64,000 nucleotides of DNA from Negaprion brevirostris (GCA_030324005.1 JARDVH010000115.1:66771277-66835276); one strand, 5' to 3'; positions 11,278 to 25,499 are shown, counted from the stretch's first letter. Translations and numbers: made by a program. Notes: generated by a model from the letters alone, not told the origin.

Positions 11278-13720
11278 TACAGAATCAGAATGGTTACGGC
11301 ACTGAGATGGCCAGTTAGCCTGCCATGTCCATGCCAGCTTTCTGCACATGTAATCACCTAGTCCCATTCCTCTGCCTTTTCACCTACGTAGCCATGCAAA
11401 TAGTTTTTCCTTTAGATAACTATCCAACTCCTTCTGAAAGTAATGAATCTGCCTCTATTACACTCTGAGACACTGCATTCCAGATCCTAACTGTACACTG
11501 AGTTTTCCCTCATGTTGCAGTTGCTTCTTCTGCCAACCATCTTAAAACAACGTCCTCTGGTTCTCAACTGTGCACCAACAGAAGTTTCATATTACTTCCC
11601 TGTTCAGAGCCTTCACTGTTTTGAAAACCTCTATCAAATTTCCTCTCAAATGTTTCTTCTCCAAGGTGAACAGCCACAACTTCTCAAATCTACCCATAAA
11701 GTTGAAGTCACTCATCTGTGGAACAAATCTCATGAAGCTTTTCTGTGCCCTTTTTAATGCCTTCATCTCCTCGCAAACAAATTTGTGCCCCAAACTGCTC
11801 TAATTTTCCAGTTGAAGCTCAGCTAGTTTTTATACAGATTCATGATCTACTTCCTTGCTTTTGTACTCTAATGCTTTAGAAAACCCAGGATTCCATATGC
11901 TATATAAACTGCTTTCTCAACCTATCCTGCCACCTTCAGTGATTTGTGCACAGATATTCTCAGACTCCTGTGTTCCAGTACCCCCTTTTAGAGTTATACA
12001 CTTTATCTAATGTTGGCGCTCATCATCCTTCCTACCAAAATGAATCATATCACATTTCTCTGCATTAGGTTTCATCTGTCATTTCCACCAGTCTGTGTAT
12101 GTCCTTCTGAAGTTTATTCTCCTCCTCACAGATCACAATACTGCCAAGTTTTGTACCATCTGCAAATTTTGTTCTCAACACCCATTAATATCTTTAATAT
12201 ATAACAAAAGTAAGAGTGCTAAGAGACCACAGGGGAATCCCACCATAAACCTTCTTCTGGTCCACAAAAATAACTACTCACCTACTACTCTTTATTTCCT
12301 GTCACCCAGCCAATTTCATACCCATGCTGCCACTCTTATTCCTTGGCCTCTGATTTCACTGACATGCATGTTATTGGGCACATTACCAATGCCTTTTAGA
12401 AATCCACATATATTACATAGGCTGCATTACCCTCATCTACCCTCTTGGTTGCCTTATCAAAAACTTAAGCAAGGTGGTTAAATGCAATTTGCCCTAACAA
12501 ATCCACCCTGGCCCTCCTTTACTTAACCCACATTTGTTCAATTGACAGTTAATTTCATCCTGAATTATTGTTTCGAAAAGTCTTCCCAACACCAAGATTA
12601 AGCAGACAGGCCTACAGTTACTGAACTTACCCTTATACATTTTTCTTTTTGAAAAAGGGTGTACATTTGACGTCATTCAGTCCTATCACACAACACCTAG
12701 ATCCGTATTGGTAGATTAAAGCCAGAGTCTCTGCAATTTCCACTCTTCCTTTGCTCCCCAAGTATCCTTTGATGCATCACATCTGGCCCTTGTGATCGTC
12801 AACTTCAAGTAATCCAGCCTAATTAATGTCCAATTTTTCACCCATCCAGAATCTTAACTGCCTCTTCTATCACTAGGACTTAGGGAGCATCCACTTCCTT
12901 GCTAAGATAGATGCAAAGTACTCATTTAGTATTGCATCCATGCCCCATTTCCGTGTATACATCCTCTGGTCGGTCCCTAATCAGCCCCACTCTTCTTTCA
13001 ACCGCTTTCTTTTTTCTATTTATATGCCTAAAGACAATATTTACATTTCCTTTTATGTTAGCTGCCAGTCTCTTTCATTCTCTCTGCTTTGTGTGTTTTT
13101 TCACTGGCTCTCTGAACCTTAGAACCATAGAATCCTTACAGCAGAAAGAGACTATCTGGCCCATCAAATCTGCACCGATTCTCTGAAAGAGCATCCCACC
13201 CAGGCGCTCTCCTTTGCCTTATCCCAGTAATCCTGCACATTTACCATGATTAATCCACCTAACCCGCACATCTTTGGACTGGAAGAGGAAACCAGAGAAA
13301 ACCCACACCGACATGGGGAGAACATGCAAACTCCTCACCTAAGGCCAGAATTGAACCTGGGTGCCTGGTACTGTGAGGCAGCATTGCTAATCACTGTGCC
13401 ACTCTGCTGCCCATCCCTTCTATATATTCAGTCTGGTTTTCAATTGGTATTATCCATCTCTCATCTGCCACATGCATCCTTTCTCTGCTTCATCTTGCTC
13501 TCTATTATCCAAAGAATTCTTGTTTGCCCTACCTTTCCTCTGTGAAAATATACCTGAACTTTTACCTGTGCCTGAAGTATGTCCTCCTTAAAGGAAGTCC
13601 ATTGTTCAATTAGTTTTCCCTATTAATGTGCAATACTAATTTATCTGGGCCAGATCTCTTTGCACCCCAATGATGTTGGCCCTCCGTTAATTATTTTTGC
13701 TCTGGATTACTCTTTGTTCT
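11278..13720 (-). mobile_element. Long decayed CR1 LINE interrupted by an HE1 SINE
   Basis: Peptide remnants KALKRAQKSFMRFVP...LFTLEKKHLRGNLIEVFK and SNCRPVCLILVLGRLFETIIQDEI. 3' tail near 11278. Confidence 0.85.
13121..13412 (-). mobile_element. HE1-type SINE with CR1 tail, nested in CR1
   Basis: Head ctgtgaggcagcattgctaatcactgtgccac, V-domain and tail catagaatcc. Confidence 0.9.
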
Positions 13721-14546
13721 TTTCCAGGTGCAAAAGGAGGAGATGACTTTTACGTACACTTTGTTTTTCAAACCAGAATCTGACAAGCTAGTATTTGTTG
13801 ACTGACCAGTCATTTCTCTAGCCATCTCAAAGAGGAGAAAAACATAAAAGCTTCTAAAAAGTTATAATTGCTAGTTCCAGACAAAAATCTTTGAAACAAT
13901 GAGGTGCACACAAAATATTCTGAACTAAGCACAAAACACGAGAACAGCATAAAGCAGTGGGAAGCAATCTTACCTGTCAAGAAGTGAATCTAAAATCATT
14001 TTGGCTTTTTCAAAAAAGCTAAGTGAATTGTTAAAATAGTGAACCAATATAAAGCAGGTCAATCTCATCCAATGAGACCCACTACTGCTGTGCAATAGAA
14101 AAGGTTAATCAGCATTCACCCCACGTGATAATCTGACGATAAAATTTTCGACACCAACACTGCTGGTTGATCTCGTGTGCCTTTATTCCGATAAGTGCAG
14201 GCATGCGAGTGGTGACAGAAAAGGTTGGGAATGAGAGATCACACCTAAAGAAAATGGATACCACTGAAGCATCACAATCAGAAAACCAACATCCTAAACC
14301 TATTAGTAGAAAGCAAGCAGAAAGGGNNNNNNNNNNNNNNNNNNNNNNNNNNNNNNNNNNNNNNNNNNNNNNNNNNNNNNNNNNNNNNNNNNNNNNNNNN
14401 NNNNNNNNNNNNNNNNNNNNNNNNNNGAAAGGGTCAAGTGCTTTAAGTTTTTAGGTGTCTAAATCAACAACAACTTGTCTTCAGCCCTCCCTGAATGCTC
14501 CCACTGCGCGACACTGGCGTGAATTTGGTTTTCAGAAACAATTATC

Positions 14547-14652
14547 AGAATTTTACCGGCCCGAAATCAGGTGAGGCTCGCAGAACGGAATTCTCCATTG
14601 GTCTCATGTGGGATCTTATGAACCTCGCCCGAGTGAGGTCTTAAAATACCGA
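14547..14652. mobile_element. Short non-autonomous DNA-transposon-like (MITE) remnant
   Basis: Imperfect inverted ends gaattttac...taaaatacc, resembling a repeat class I recall from shark genomes. Confidence 0.4.
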
Positions 14653-14955
14653 AAGTTGTCTCAATGCTGGGAGAAGAGGCAGATTGGGCCCGAGAGTCTG
14701 ATGGGGAGGGTGGAGAGTGCTAGTGATGAGGAGGGAGGCTGCCCATGCTTGCGGGATTGGGGATCACGTGGCTACGTGGTGATCTGGTCTTTGCATTGTG
14801 CAAGAGGGGATTCTGATGGAGTTTTTGACTGAAAATGCCAACTTAGTTTCTCTCTACTTACTCAGTACATAGAGTAAGTACTTACAAGCTTGCTTTGGGA
14901 TGAGGGGAGAACACAAGCAAATAAATGGAGAAAAAATAAAGCAAGGAAATCTCAC

Positions 14956-15083
14956 CTGCACCCCATCATTCTCAAAGTCAGTATTAAACACTTCTGTTCA
15001 ACAGTTACGATGCCTAGCAACATCTGGCTCAAGGAGTTGCTCTAAGGAATGCCCCAATGCTCCAAAGAGTGCAGCTTTTGTGA
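14956..15083 (-). other. Candidate 128-nt exon; all three frames contain a stop
   Basis: Acceptor ttatttcatcacttcag| and strong donor CAG|GTGAGA in non-repeat sequence. No homology recognised. Confidence 0.3.
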
Positions 15084-15313
15084 CTGAAGTGATGAAATAA
15101 GCAACTTAAATAGAATTTAGCCCAGAATAGGTTTGCCATTCTGGAATACTAACCAACCATTTCTACAGAAACATTTGTGAAGTCATGCTGGCCCCCTAGT
15201 GTAGTACAGTTAGGGGAAACTATCCAGTCACATGGTCAGCTTGAAAGAGGAGACCAAAAAAGGAAGAGGGACAGGGAGAAATTGTGATCTAAGCATTTTA
15301 AATTTTTGGGTGA

Positions 15314-15797
15314 TAAGAACATAAATAGGAGGAGTAGGCCATCTAGCCCTTCGAACCTGCCCCGCCATTCAATAAGATCATGGCTGATCTGAAGTGGATG
15401 AGTTCCACTTTGCCGCTTTCTCTCCATAACCCTCAATTCCCTTGTCTGTCAAAAACCTATCTACCCGTGACTTAAATATATTAAGCGAGGCAGCCTCCAC
15501 CACTTCAACGGGCAGAGAATTCCAGAGATTCACCACCCTTTGAGTGAAGAAGTTNNNNNNNNNNNNNNNNNNNNNNNNNNNNNNNNNNNNNNNNNNNNNN
15601 NNNNNNNNNNNNNNNNNNNNNNNNNNNNNNNNNNNNNNNNNNNNNNNNNNNNNNAAAATATCCTTGCGCAAGTGCGGCGACCAAAACTGCACACAGTACT
15701 CCAGCTGCGGCCTCACCAGTGCCCTGTACAGAAGTTGCAGCAAGACCTCCCTGCTTTTATATTCTATCCCCCTCGCTATAAAGGCAAGCATACCATG
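15314..15797 (-). mobile_element. Relatively young CR1 LINE 3' end
   Basis: MLAFIARGIEYKSREVLLQLLYRALVRPQLEYCVQFWSPHLRKDI...FFTQRVVNLWNSLP, with a 3' tail at 15314. Confidence 0.93.
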
Positions 15798-17199
15798 ATT
15801 GGTATTGGAGGACAACATTTCTGCATCTAAGAGAAAGCTATAGTTTGTAAAACAAATGGCCCTGAGCTGAAATCCTCATTGGCAAATGCTAGTATTGCTA
15901 TACCACTGACAGGTGAATTGCATTGAGCAGGTACAGCTGCTTACTGCATGGTGTGTGGTATAATTCCCAGGATATCCCATCCAGTGAAAAATCTCTAAAC
16001 ATTTACTTACCACCAGACATTCATAACTTAGAATTAAAAAGCTATCAAAACAGGGAACTACAGATTTCTAAACTTATTCATGTTTCTATGAATCAATAAT
16101 TTAAAAATCAACATCTGTGATGGCACTTCTATTTTCTTTGATCACTTCATGTTGTCGATCAAAGCAACTACAGCAAGTCATCATAAAGGATAATGCCAAC
16201 TGCGATTAAAAACCCACACTACATCAATACAAAATTTGCACTACAAATAAGTTTCTTTTAAAAAGACAGAATCACCACCATAATCTTCAACACCACTCGA
16301 GGTATGGTTTTATTGTGGTTTCCGAACATCAATGTTAACACTCAGCTTCCTCTAGTGTGGTAAGACCACAAAACAGAAGTAGTTAGCTTACGAGCTTGTG
16401 TGGTCTCACTTTTAAGTCAGTAAATGCACAAACAAGGCCAACTCATTAGATACAAGACAAGTCGTTTGAACATGATACCACAATTAACAATTTCCACAAC
16501 ATCTGTATCACCTGTTTTTCCCTCAACAGAAAGTTCCTCCGTACCACAGCAGCGCACAAACAACAAAATCCACAATTTCCCCCCAAAAAAATGGAGATTG
16601 GCTGAAGAGTGCTGGCCTGCAGTGCATGCAACAATTAAAAAAAAACAGCTTTCAGAAATAGGTTTATGATTTTGCTATACTTTATGGACAAAATAAATCT
16701 TCTCACTTCTGTCTCAACCATAATTAGGCTTCTCTAGGCTTCATTCAGTTTAAGACTTGCTGATATCACTCCTCGCTCCAGTTCAGTGATTGCTATATGT
16801 TAGTACGTAATCCGCCTGTACCCTTAATATTCTTGATTGAAAGGTCAAGTCAACAAGTTGGAATTTCACCTCGCATTTAAATCCACATGCTCCTGCTGTT
16901 CAATTTGCCCCCTTTGTTTATCTGCAACTGTTATTTTTCCATCTTTGCTGAAAAGATAGTTACGCCTGAATTCCTACATTTCTCCAGTATGCCTCATGTT
17001 TATGTTTACCGATTCAGTTGTTGGTCAATAAGTCTGTATGACAGCTTATAGCCCAAACCATACTCTAGGGAAGTGTTTATTCCATCACCTCCAGAACTCA
17101 GCGTTCACGAAGGAGCTAGAATATACATGTTCCACCAATAGTTTCCGGCTTTGTAGTATTTGGCTACAAGAAGCCATTCAGAGAAACCTGCACATGATC

Positions 17200-17732
17200 A
17201 TGATCATTACAGCACAAGAGGCAGTCGCTTGGCCCATGTTTGTACAGGCTCTCCAAATGAGCATTAGTGCCATTCTCCTGCCTATTCCCCTGCACATGCC
17301 TTCTTGAATGCCTTAACTGAACCTGCCTCCAGCACATTTCCAGGCAGTGCATTCCAGACTTGATCCACTTTCTAAAAAAAATACTATCATATTTAATTCT
17401 TTCGTAAATCACACCTGTGCTCCTTGTTTGCGATCATTGTCGGGGTGGTAACAGTTTTTCTTAATTTACTCTTTCCAGCCCTCTCATGATTTTGAGCACT
17501 CCTATCAAATCGTCTCAGCTTTCTCCTCTTCAAGGAGAGCAATCCCAACCTCTCCAATTTATTCGTATAATTGAAGTTTTTCATCTTAGGAACCATCCTT
17601 GTAAACCTTTTCTGGGCTGTCTCCAATGCGATAACATCCTTCCTGTAGTGTGATGCCCAGAACAGTGCACAATACTCCAGCTGAGATCTAACTAGCGTCA
17701 CATACAAGTTCAACATAAGCTCTTTGCTCTTT
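17200..17732 (-). mobile_element. CR1 LINE 3' fragment
   Basis: MLNLYVTLVRSQLEYCALFWASHYRKDVIALETAQKRFTRMVP. Confidence 0.9.
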
Positions 17733-18142
17733 AAAGTTAAAGAAGTTTATTTATTAGTTAGAAGGAAGGCTTACATTAACACTGCAATGAAGTTACTGTG
17801 AAATTCCTCTAGTCACTACACTCCAATGCCTGTTTGGGTCAANNNNNNNNNNNNNNNNNNNNNNNNNNNNNNNNNNNNNNNNNNNNNNNNNNNNNNNNNN
17901 NNNNNNNNNNNNNNNNNNNNNNNNNNNNNNNNNNNNNNNNNNGAAGTTACTGTGAAATTCCTCTAGTCACTACATTATGGCACCTGTTCAGGTCAATACA
18001 GCTAACTAGCAGGTCTTTCAGGCTGTGGGAGGAAACCCACGCAGACATGGAATGTGCAAACTCCACACCAACAGTGACCCAAGCTGGGAATTGAACCCGG
18101 ATCCCTGGTGCTGTGATGCAGCAGTGCTAATCACTGTGCCAT
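17733..18142 (-). mobile_element. HE1-like SINE with the alternative tail, spanning a gap
   Basis: Tail aagtttatttattag...cttacattaacactgcaatgaagttactgtgaaa and head ctgtgatgcagcagtgctaatcactgtgcc. About 32 bp is repeated across the gap. Confidence 0.88.
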
Positions 18143-18284
18143 CTTGTACACTAGTGTACTCTGCTCAGGATCAAACAGATGCAGAAGTTGTAAACAGTCC
18201 GATCCAGTCTCAGCTAGTGGCCTAGAAGAGAGTTGGAATCAATAGATAGGGAATTAAGTTCGGGGCGAAGGCCAAAGACAATCA

Positions 18285-18410
18285 AGAAAGCCCACAATGC
18301 AGGAGGCCGCCACTTGGCCCATCGAGTCCACACCAACAACAATTCCACCCAAGCCAGAAACTGATCCCAGGTGAGGCAGCAATGCTACCATGTGCCACCA
18401 TGCAGCCCCT
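18285..18410 (-). mobile_element. Internally deleted HE1 SINE (head joined to tail)
   Basis: Tail ttggcccatcgagtccacacc lies almost directly next to head gtgaggcagcaatgctaccatgtgccaccatgcagccc. Confidence 0.7.
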
Positions 18411-20911
18411 TATAGCTTTGGTCTTCCCAATATTCANNNNNNNNNNCTCAATTCTGAATATCAGATAGGCAGCATGAAAGATCATCACAGTAGAAGGGTC
18501 TTGATTCAAGCACATAAAATAATTAAGAAATAGGTTGTAAGAAACAATCTTTGAGAATACTGCCTAAGCTGCGTTCAATCCTTGCTTTTATACCCACGCA
18601 ACAATCCTCCCACCTTTCAACTCCTAAATAGGGGTTTTCAACTCCAGCCTGATGATTCTCTGCTACCAAATCGGAATCTGTGCAACTTTATGATTATGTA
18701 TTCAATCCCACGACAGTGAAGACAGGAACCTATATTCTGCTGTATTTCCCAAAATGCCTACCACTGATCCCATCTCTAACCTAATGCTGCTTTATCTGGA
18801 ACACTGGCTGTACTTCACATACAGTATGCAAATTCCTGCTTTCACAATTGTCCTGCAAGGTCGTAAATTTCCACCCATAGCCTGAAGTAAAAAGTTCAAT
18901 TCTTGCAATGACAGGAACATCAGTTAGGAGACAGCGAGGGACAAATTAGTGAGGAGTGCCAACGAAAGCAGCAGGAAGGAAAAGGAAAGTGTGTCTCTGT
19001 GAAGTGGAGGGATAGGAGCAGAGCCACTACTGCAACTCTAAGCTCAATTAAGTCACAGTACCAATAATTATCCACAATTTCCTAGCAAGAAATTAGAGAA
19101 GATCCCTGCAATTTCTTCTTCATCCCCCCCACCGCTCACTCCTGGAAACGTATCAGTTGCTCTGCTCACGGCTCCCAGTAGAAATTAGGCAAAGTGAGTG
19201 AGAATTGTTTTACTTTCAATCAGCCAGACAACATTTTCATTTCCAAATAACTTTCAAAATGATTTATATCTAATTAAAATGAGGGCATCAAAAAAATTTG
19301 AGAAGTACCAGTAAAGTTTGGTGATTGGTCAGTCAATCGGGCAACTGATCACCAACCAAGTCCACCGCAGAAAAAACATCTCCTATAACAAAGGAGCAGA
19401 TGGATTCACTTTAAAAGATCAGCAGGTTCAATTTAAGAAGAAATATGCAGAGTGGGGAAGTTTCTAATGGCTCTTTTGGCATCACATAGTTGCCATGCAA
19501 ATACAAGGTGCTGCCACCTGAAAAGACATTTTGAAACAACCAGATAGGCGGTCTTCTCAAATAACTCCAAGGGAAGAGGTCAAAACCACCAAAACTATCT
19601 TAGACCAACAATAGCTGGCCTTTATAGACCTTCCCCATTGGCAATGAAATTTCTAAACACAGCTTTCATGCAACCAAGCATGTGCTCTTACTTTACACTA
19701 TGGAATCCACCCCCAGCTTCTGAGTGAGTTAAAACCTAAATTTGCTCCAAGTTGATATTCTTGCACATGGAGGTTTGAAACTGGGGCCATCCTGTGGGGC
19801 CCTGCAGCCAAACATGCAGTCCTCCATTGCACACCTGGTCCATTAATAGGACCTGGAGTAAGACTATGACTGGGACTGCGATTATTTCCATTCAGCTCTA
19901 AGTAAACCTGCAGAGCTGTGGGTAGACATAGCTGGACGAGCACAGGTGTCCCATAAAAGCAGACAACATGAACTCTAGCAGTGCCCATGAAGTTATGTGG
20001 AGTTCCCACTCTTGATTTGTCACGCAGTGGTGAGCAAGACATAAGCTTTATGGGGATAGATATAGCAAGTATTTCTAGATTTAACAAACAAACACCATGT
20101 GTGTCTATTTCTCTGTATTTAGGTTTTATCACATGATGATGGCTTGTATTTGGCTGACCAAAAAACTTCCCCCACCCACCTTGTAAATTGGGCAGTGTTC
20201 ATAACAGAACTGTTACCTCTGGGAAAACAGTAAATATTTCCTCTTGCTACTCATTGTTGGTTTCTGAATGCTGCTGTTTACTGTGGCATTGCATTACACA
20301 CCACAGATCAGACTCTCCTTCCTCCCTGCAGTAACAAACAAAAAGCACATCTGGGAAAGCAATTGACCTGAAAAGACCCAATACTAAGTCGCCTCTACTG
20401 TAACGCACCCTGCTTCTAATAGCACAAACATTCTCTTTCTAACTTGGGAACACGTGCAAGAATGAGTTCTCAAAAATGCACCTGCTTACATGTATACCAT
20501 GTCCCTTGGCTTTGTTACTATGGGCCAGGCTGGATGAGCTGATGACTACCAGATGCCATAAAGTACCCCGACAAAGACAGGAGATGAGAGCCACATAATT
20601 GTGCCTGAAAGCAAAACCATGAGCAAAATACCAGAGTGTTGGCAACAATGTGTTTTTATAAAGGAGTTACAGAAGAAGGAAGAACCCAATTTATTGTGCA
20701 CGCAAACCTCCCAAAGCTTTAACATGACCCTTTCCCCTGAATTGAGACATTTCCCACTGTTTAGGCATAGCGTTCAGAGATGTTGCAAGGTCACAGCAGT
20801 TCCTTGTTACTGCTACGTCCACTACAAACTGTGGCGTAGCACAGATAATGACATACCAAATTGCTGCCTTGTACATCATAAACAAGGTGCCTGCAGAATT
20901 GTATAGCTCAC

Positions 20912-21028
20912 TTCAACTGACACTAGATTTCAAAGCAATTAGTTCCTTCATCATTTCCCTCCTGGTTGCTATAGTAATGGGCTGAGATAATTTGATAAAT
21001 ATGCAGTTCAGAATTTCACTCATTGGAT
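20912..21028 (-). other. Candidate 117-nt non-coding or poison exon
   Basis: Acceptor ctcattctgttttacag| and donor GAA|GTGAGC in unique sequence. Stops occur in all three frames. Confidence 0.3.
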
Positions 21029-21145
21029 CTGTAAAACAGAATGAGTCATTTCACAAAACGGTATACTGTAGAAGTGGAAACCGTACTGCATCTTTTAAAA
21101 TCCTTTCTGCCTTACTCTTCCTGTCACTACCTTAGCCATGGCAAC
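20965..21145. promoter_or_regulatory. Pair of RFX X-box-like motifs
   Basis: GTTGCTATAGTAAT at 20965-20978 and TTAGCCATGGCAAC at 21132-21145, against the consensus GTTGCCATGGCAAC. Confidence 0.4.
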
Positions 21146-23896
21146 TTGTAGAACATAAATACAAACAGGATGAGGGATTTTATAATCAATAAATATTGGA
21201 AATTTCAAATAAACACCTGGAAAATACTACACCCAAGTAAGCCAAACAATGTCTAAAAAATAACCTACTGATTCAGCTGTAATTTTCAGTTTTTTGCTCA
21301 TTTATTTTTTAAAAAATGCACCTTTCTTCAGTTCACAGAATCCTTGCAATAAGGTGAAAGGCCTTCTCAGATCCCAATGCCAAATCACCCATAACTGACA
21401 TAAGCATCAAAGCAGTCCTATGGCGAGGAAGGCCTTCCTTTGACCTGCCACCTCATTAACTCCCTTCCCCACACTTTTAAAAATCTCCCTCAAACCCTGC
21501 CAGTGGCCCATACCATTATCCCCACTTATTCTCCTCTTCAGTGACAATGGTTTTCCCTCTTAGACATAAAGTACATTGAGGCATCTGCTGTACACTACAA
21601 GGAACATGGTGGCGTTAACTGTCTCAGCCTTCAGAACACATCAGTTCTGCAAGGAATGTTCTTTTATGCATGAAAATAAAGGCTGGAAATGTGCAGTACT
21701 ACAAGTAACACTTTGCTTCTTATTTTAAAAAAAGTACTTTCCTCTCTGACAGTGTACCCCAAAATCGCTGAAACAGCAGGCAGCCCAGAGACTAAAAGAA
21801 ACCGGTGATCTCTTGTTCTAATCTAACTCAGTCTGCAGTGCATACATTNNNNNNNNNNNNNNNNNNNNNNNNNNNNAAGGAAAGTAACATAATAATTGCT
21901 ACCTGCAACAATTCGCTACAAGCTACCAAATTAGTAATGCATTGATCTAGTATGTTCTGTATCTGTCTACAACTGTCTATCCATAAGATTTGGTGCATTT
22001 GACAAGTTTAATCAAAGATGACATAATTACTGAAACATTATGCTCCTGAACACACCTGAAGATCTGAGATAAAAGAAAATGATTTAAAAATCAATAAAAA
22101 GAAAGTTTAGGAAAAGTGTTTATCATTAGGAATCAAATCTGCTGGCATACCTCCTCATGAGGAGTACGGATATAAAAATAGGAAAGAAAAATAACAAAAT
22201 GGCAATAAAATAAAAAAACTTCAAGACCTATAAGTGAACTTACCCTACTTGTTGCTTCTACAATATTATTTAACATGAATTCTGTCCTCATTCACAAGAC
22301 CATGTTAAGTGTCATGCTTCAAACAAAAATAGCAGTTGTGTGGTCAGTAAAACACACAAACCATCCAAAGTACAACATCATGAAATGTTTATGGACACGA
22401 ATGAATTAAAAGAGGGAGGGAGGAGTGGACCTATTTTTTCTGGGTGCCATTTTCACATTGTGGTTAATGCTTTCCAACCAGAGATTCTCACAATGCAGTT
22501 GCTAACCTATCTGAAGTTTAACATGTGTTGAAATTGTTCAGACAGGCATATGTAAGGGGTGAACGTGTTAACCACTTAATGCACAGACAACTCTAAACCC
22601 AATTCCGTGGAGCATCAAAAAGAGCAGGTATTACTGACACCTGGTTATATAGCAATGTTGGAAGTGACACAAGAAACCATTCATAATATCTGATTTTTAA
22701 AAATCTATAAAGGCAGTAAAGTTATTCAAGTGGCTCATCACTTACAAATCAATGAACAAAACTACTGGCCTCACACAGGGCAGACAACAACTTATGACAC
22801 CGATTACTGTATTGTCTCACTGTCTTTTAAGGTGGTATAAATAAAAGCTTCACAAAGTAGCCTAATTTCTGCTGACGGTTTGATTCAAGCATTTGAGGCA
22901 AGAAATGTTCGAGTTCACTTCCTGCCACCCCCTCTGCTTTAAGCACATCAATGAGGTGTACAGCGATGATAAAGCAAGTTGAAATTTTTGATGGGGCTAG
23001 GAACAAGAAACTGAAAACTGACCAATTAGAACAACTTTTTTTGGACACTTGGGTTTCACTCCCGTCAATTGTTAAATTCTTCAATCAATGCTTTTCAATA
23101 GCACCAAAACTGGATGTCATTCCCATTCTCAAGATGCAATAATTGAGTGTGATAATGGCTGAGATACAGTAAGAAAGAAGGATCTTTGATATTCGAGGAA
23201 GTAGGGTTCAAACTCTGCCCACCCCAACCCCACCAGATTTAGATGTGATCATTTCTACAGATGAGCCCTTCACTCATGATCTAGGCTCTTTCACAAAGAA
23301 TGACCACACAGCATGGTATGAGAGAGCACCCATGCTCTAGAAATCTTACCCCTCATATGGGGAGTTAAAAAGACAAAGCAAAAAGGGTAGAAAAATAACT
23401 ATATAAGAGATGAGAGGTGTGAAGAATTTGAGATTTATGGGAGGATATTATAAACCAAGGAACAGTACACATCTAGAATAATTAACTATTCAATCGTATA
23501 ACACATTGAGCATTCATGAGGCACATTTAAGCATTTCAATTTATCCATTAAGAATTTAATAAACACAAAATGAAGTTTCCTCTAAAAGAGGTTTTGCTTT
23601 TAAAATATACACTATATTTCACAGAAAATATTAGCAAAACAAACAAAACAAGTTTATTCTGTTGGCATTCGTAACATTTATTTAATACAAGCACTTCACA
23701 TGACCATGGCACATTCCTTCCCGGTTTCTACAAAAAATAACTAGTTTATTTATTTCCATCACCCCCACATTTCAACACTTTCCCATCAACATGTCTATTG
23801 GACGTTGTTAAAGTAGTGCTAAGGAACATGTAGGTGTGATTAGCATTGGTTGCCAAATTCAAAATATTGAAAAAACTTCACATTCATTTATTTAAA

Positions 23897-23901
23897 ACAC
23901 A

Positions 23902-23942
<41 letters not shown>
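23897..23942 (+). repeat. (AC)n microsatellite
   Basis: Perfect AC run at 23905-23942 with a short interrupted extension upstream. Confidence 0.97.
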
Positions 23943-23945
<3 letters not shown>

Positions 23946-25499
23946 AACATTTACAAGTGCACACCAAGTCGCAATACTTGAAAGGGATGTCATGCTGTTC
24001 TCATGAAAGCTCCCACCTTTCTCTTTGAGATGCTGATGCTCTTATTGTTCATATCTAGCATTTAGGGAACAAATGCAAAGTGAATCTAAAGCAGGGATAC
24101 TACAAACAGAAGTAAATGAACTTCAAGTGAGTTATCAACCTCATCCAAACCCCCAGATGGATTATTGGTTTGCAATCACAAATTTATTTTATGGGATAGC
24201 TGAGTTTTTTTTTAAATCTGTTATTGCTGTTAAATGTGCATGAGAACAATGTGTTACATAACGATGCAGAGTGACACGCACGAAGGAAAATGAATAGCCA
24301 ATGCTTCAATGGTTACCAGTTTCCAGTCAATTGTATGACACGTTTAAAAGTTGCATTAATATGCAGGTAGCTGGAAGATTCTGTAGCTCTAGCATAACCT
24401 TCCCTTGTATTTCAGAAGGAGGTGCAGAGAGGATTATACACCCACAGAAGAAAACAGCCCACACATTCTTTCCTGATGCAGTGAAATCTGCTCATAAGCC
24501 AAATACCAAGTTACCACAGAAACATTCTAATATCTACTATTTTAATAACCTGAAACAATACGCACTGCTGCCTATTTAATTCAGTCCAGAGCTAATCTTC
24601 CATTCTTCATTTCAGAAGGAACAGAGAAGTATCCCTTCAGTTATAAAGCACTTGCTGTATGCTGACTTGAATTAATTATTCTTAATAGCATCCATTCATT
24701 CATTTCTAAGAGCAGCAACATGAAACCACTACTCTCTGGACTCTGGTCTTTTTGGGAAATGGTCACTTCCAGGTCAGACTCAATATTCTGATCAAGCAAT
24801 GTAGCACATTCCTCAAATCTGACCTTACATTTATCCTTGAAAGTGAAATATAGGGACACAGATTTGAAGGCATTTTTACACTGAAGTCACTCTTTGTTGC
24901 CTGAACTCCATGGTACTCAAGTAGGGGTCCATGAAAATGGGGAATATCTTGTGTTTTTGCAATTAGGACACCAGACCCGATTTTAGTTAACAAATTTACT
25001 TCCTATCGGACACTGGACAAAACCAAGCTCCCCAGCCTAATGGGAGCAGAACAGCAATTTGCTTCAGTGGATGTCACTGTCCCTGAGACTGGATAAAATA
25101 CAGAGAATAAAACATGCCCAATGAACACTAATCTAGCCCCAGACTGCAACTGAACTTGAGCTTGCTGCTTTTGGCCTCGCTAAAATGTTGACTGTCAATG
25201 GTCAACCGGGCCACAACAAAGTCTCGAACTGGTGACTGTATAATTTGATGCAGTACCAGCAAATTCAAGCTCTGCTTGTGTACAAATACACACTCAAAGC
25301 TATTTATGTGCATCCCATATCAGCTTAAAAGACAGTTATCATTAGCTCTAAGGTTTATAAAACTGCTGCTAGGAACACATTTAAACTTGGTTTGTTGCTA
25401 AACGAACCAGCAAATGGAATGTTGACTTATATTTCTACTAACTCAGTAAAGTGCAAGTTGAAGTAATATTAAAAGTTTGCAAGTGCTTGGTTCTGATGA

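Noticed and set aside
17789-17974. Short repeat either side of a gap (similar cases at 14320/14427 and 38816/38928)
   Set aside because: Gap-flanking overlap within a repeat, not evidence of a biological array.
19698-20132. 144-aa minus-strand ORF
   Set aside because: No recognisable domain and no good splice donor; consistent with chance.
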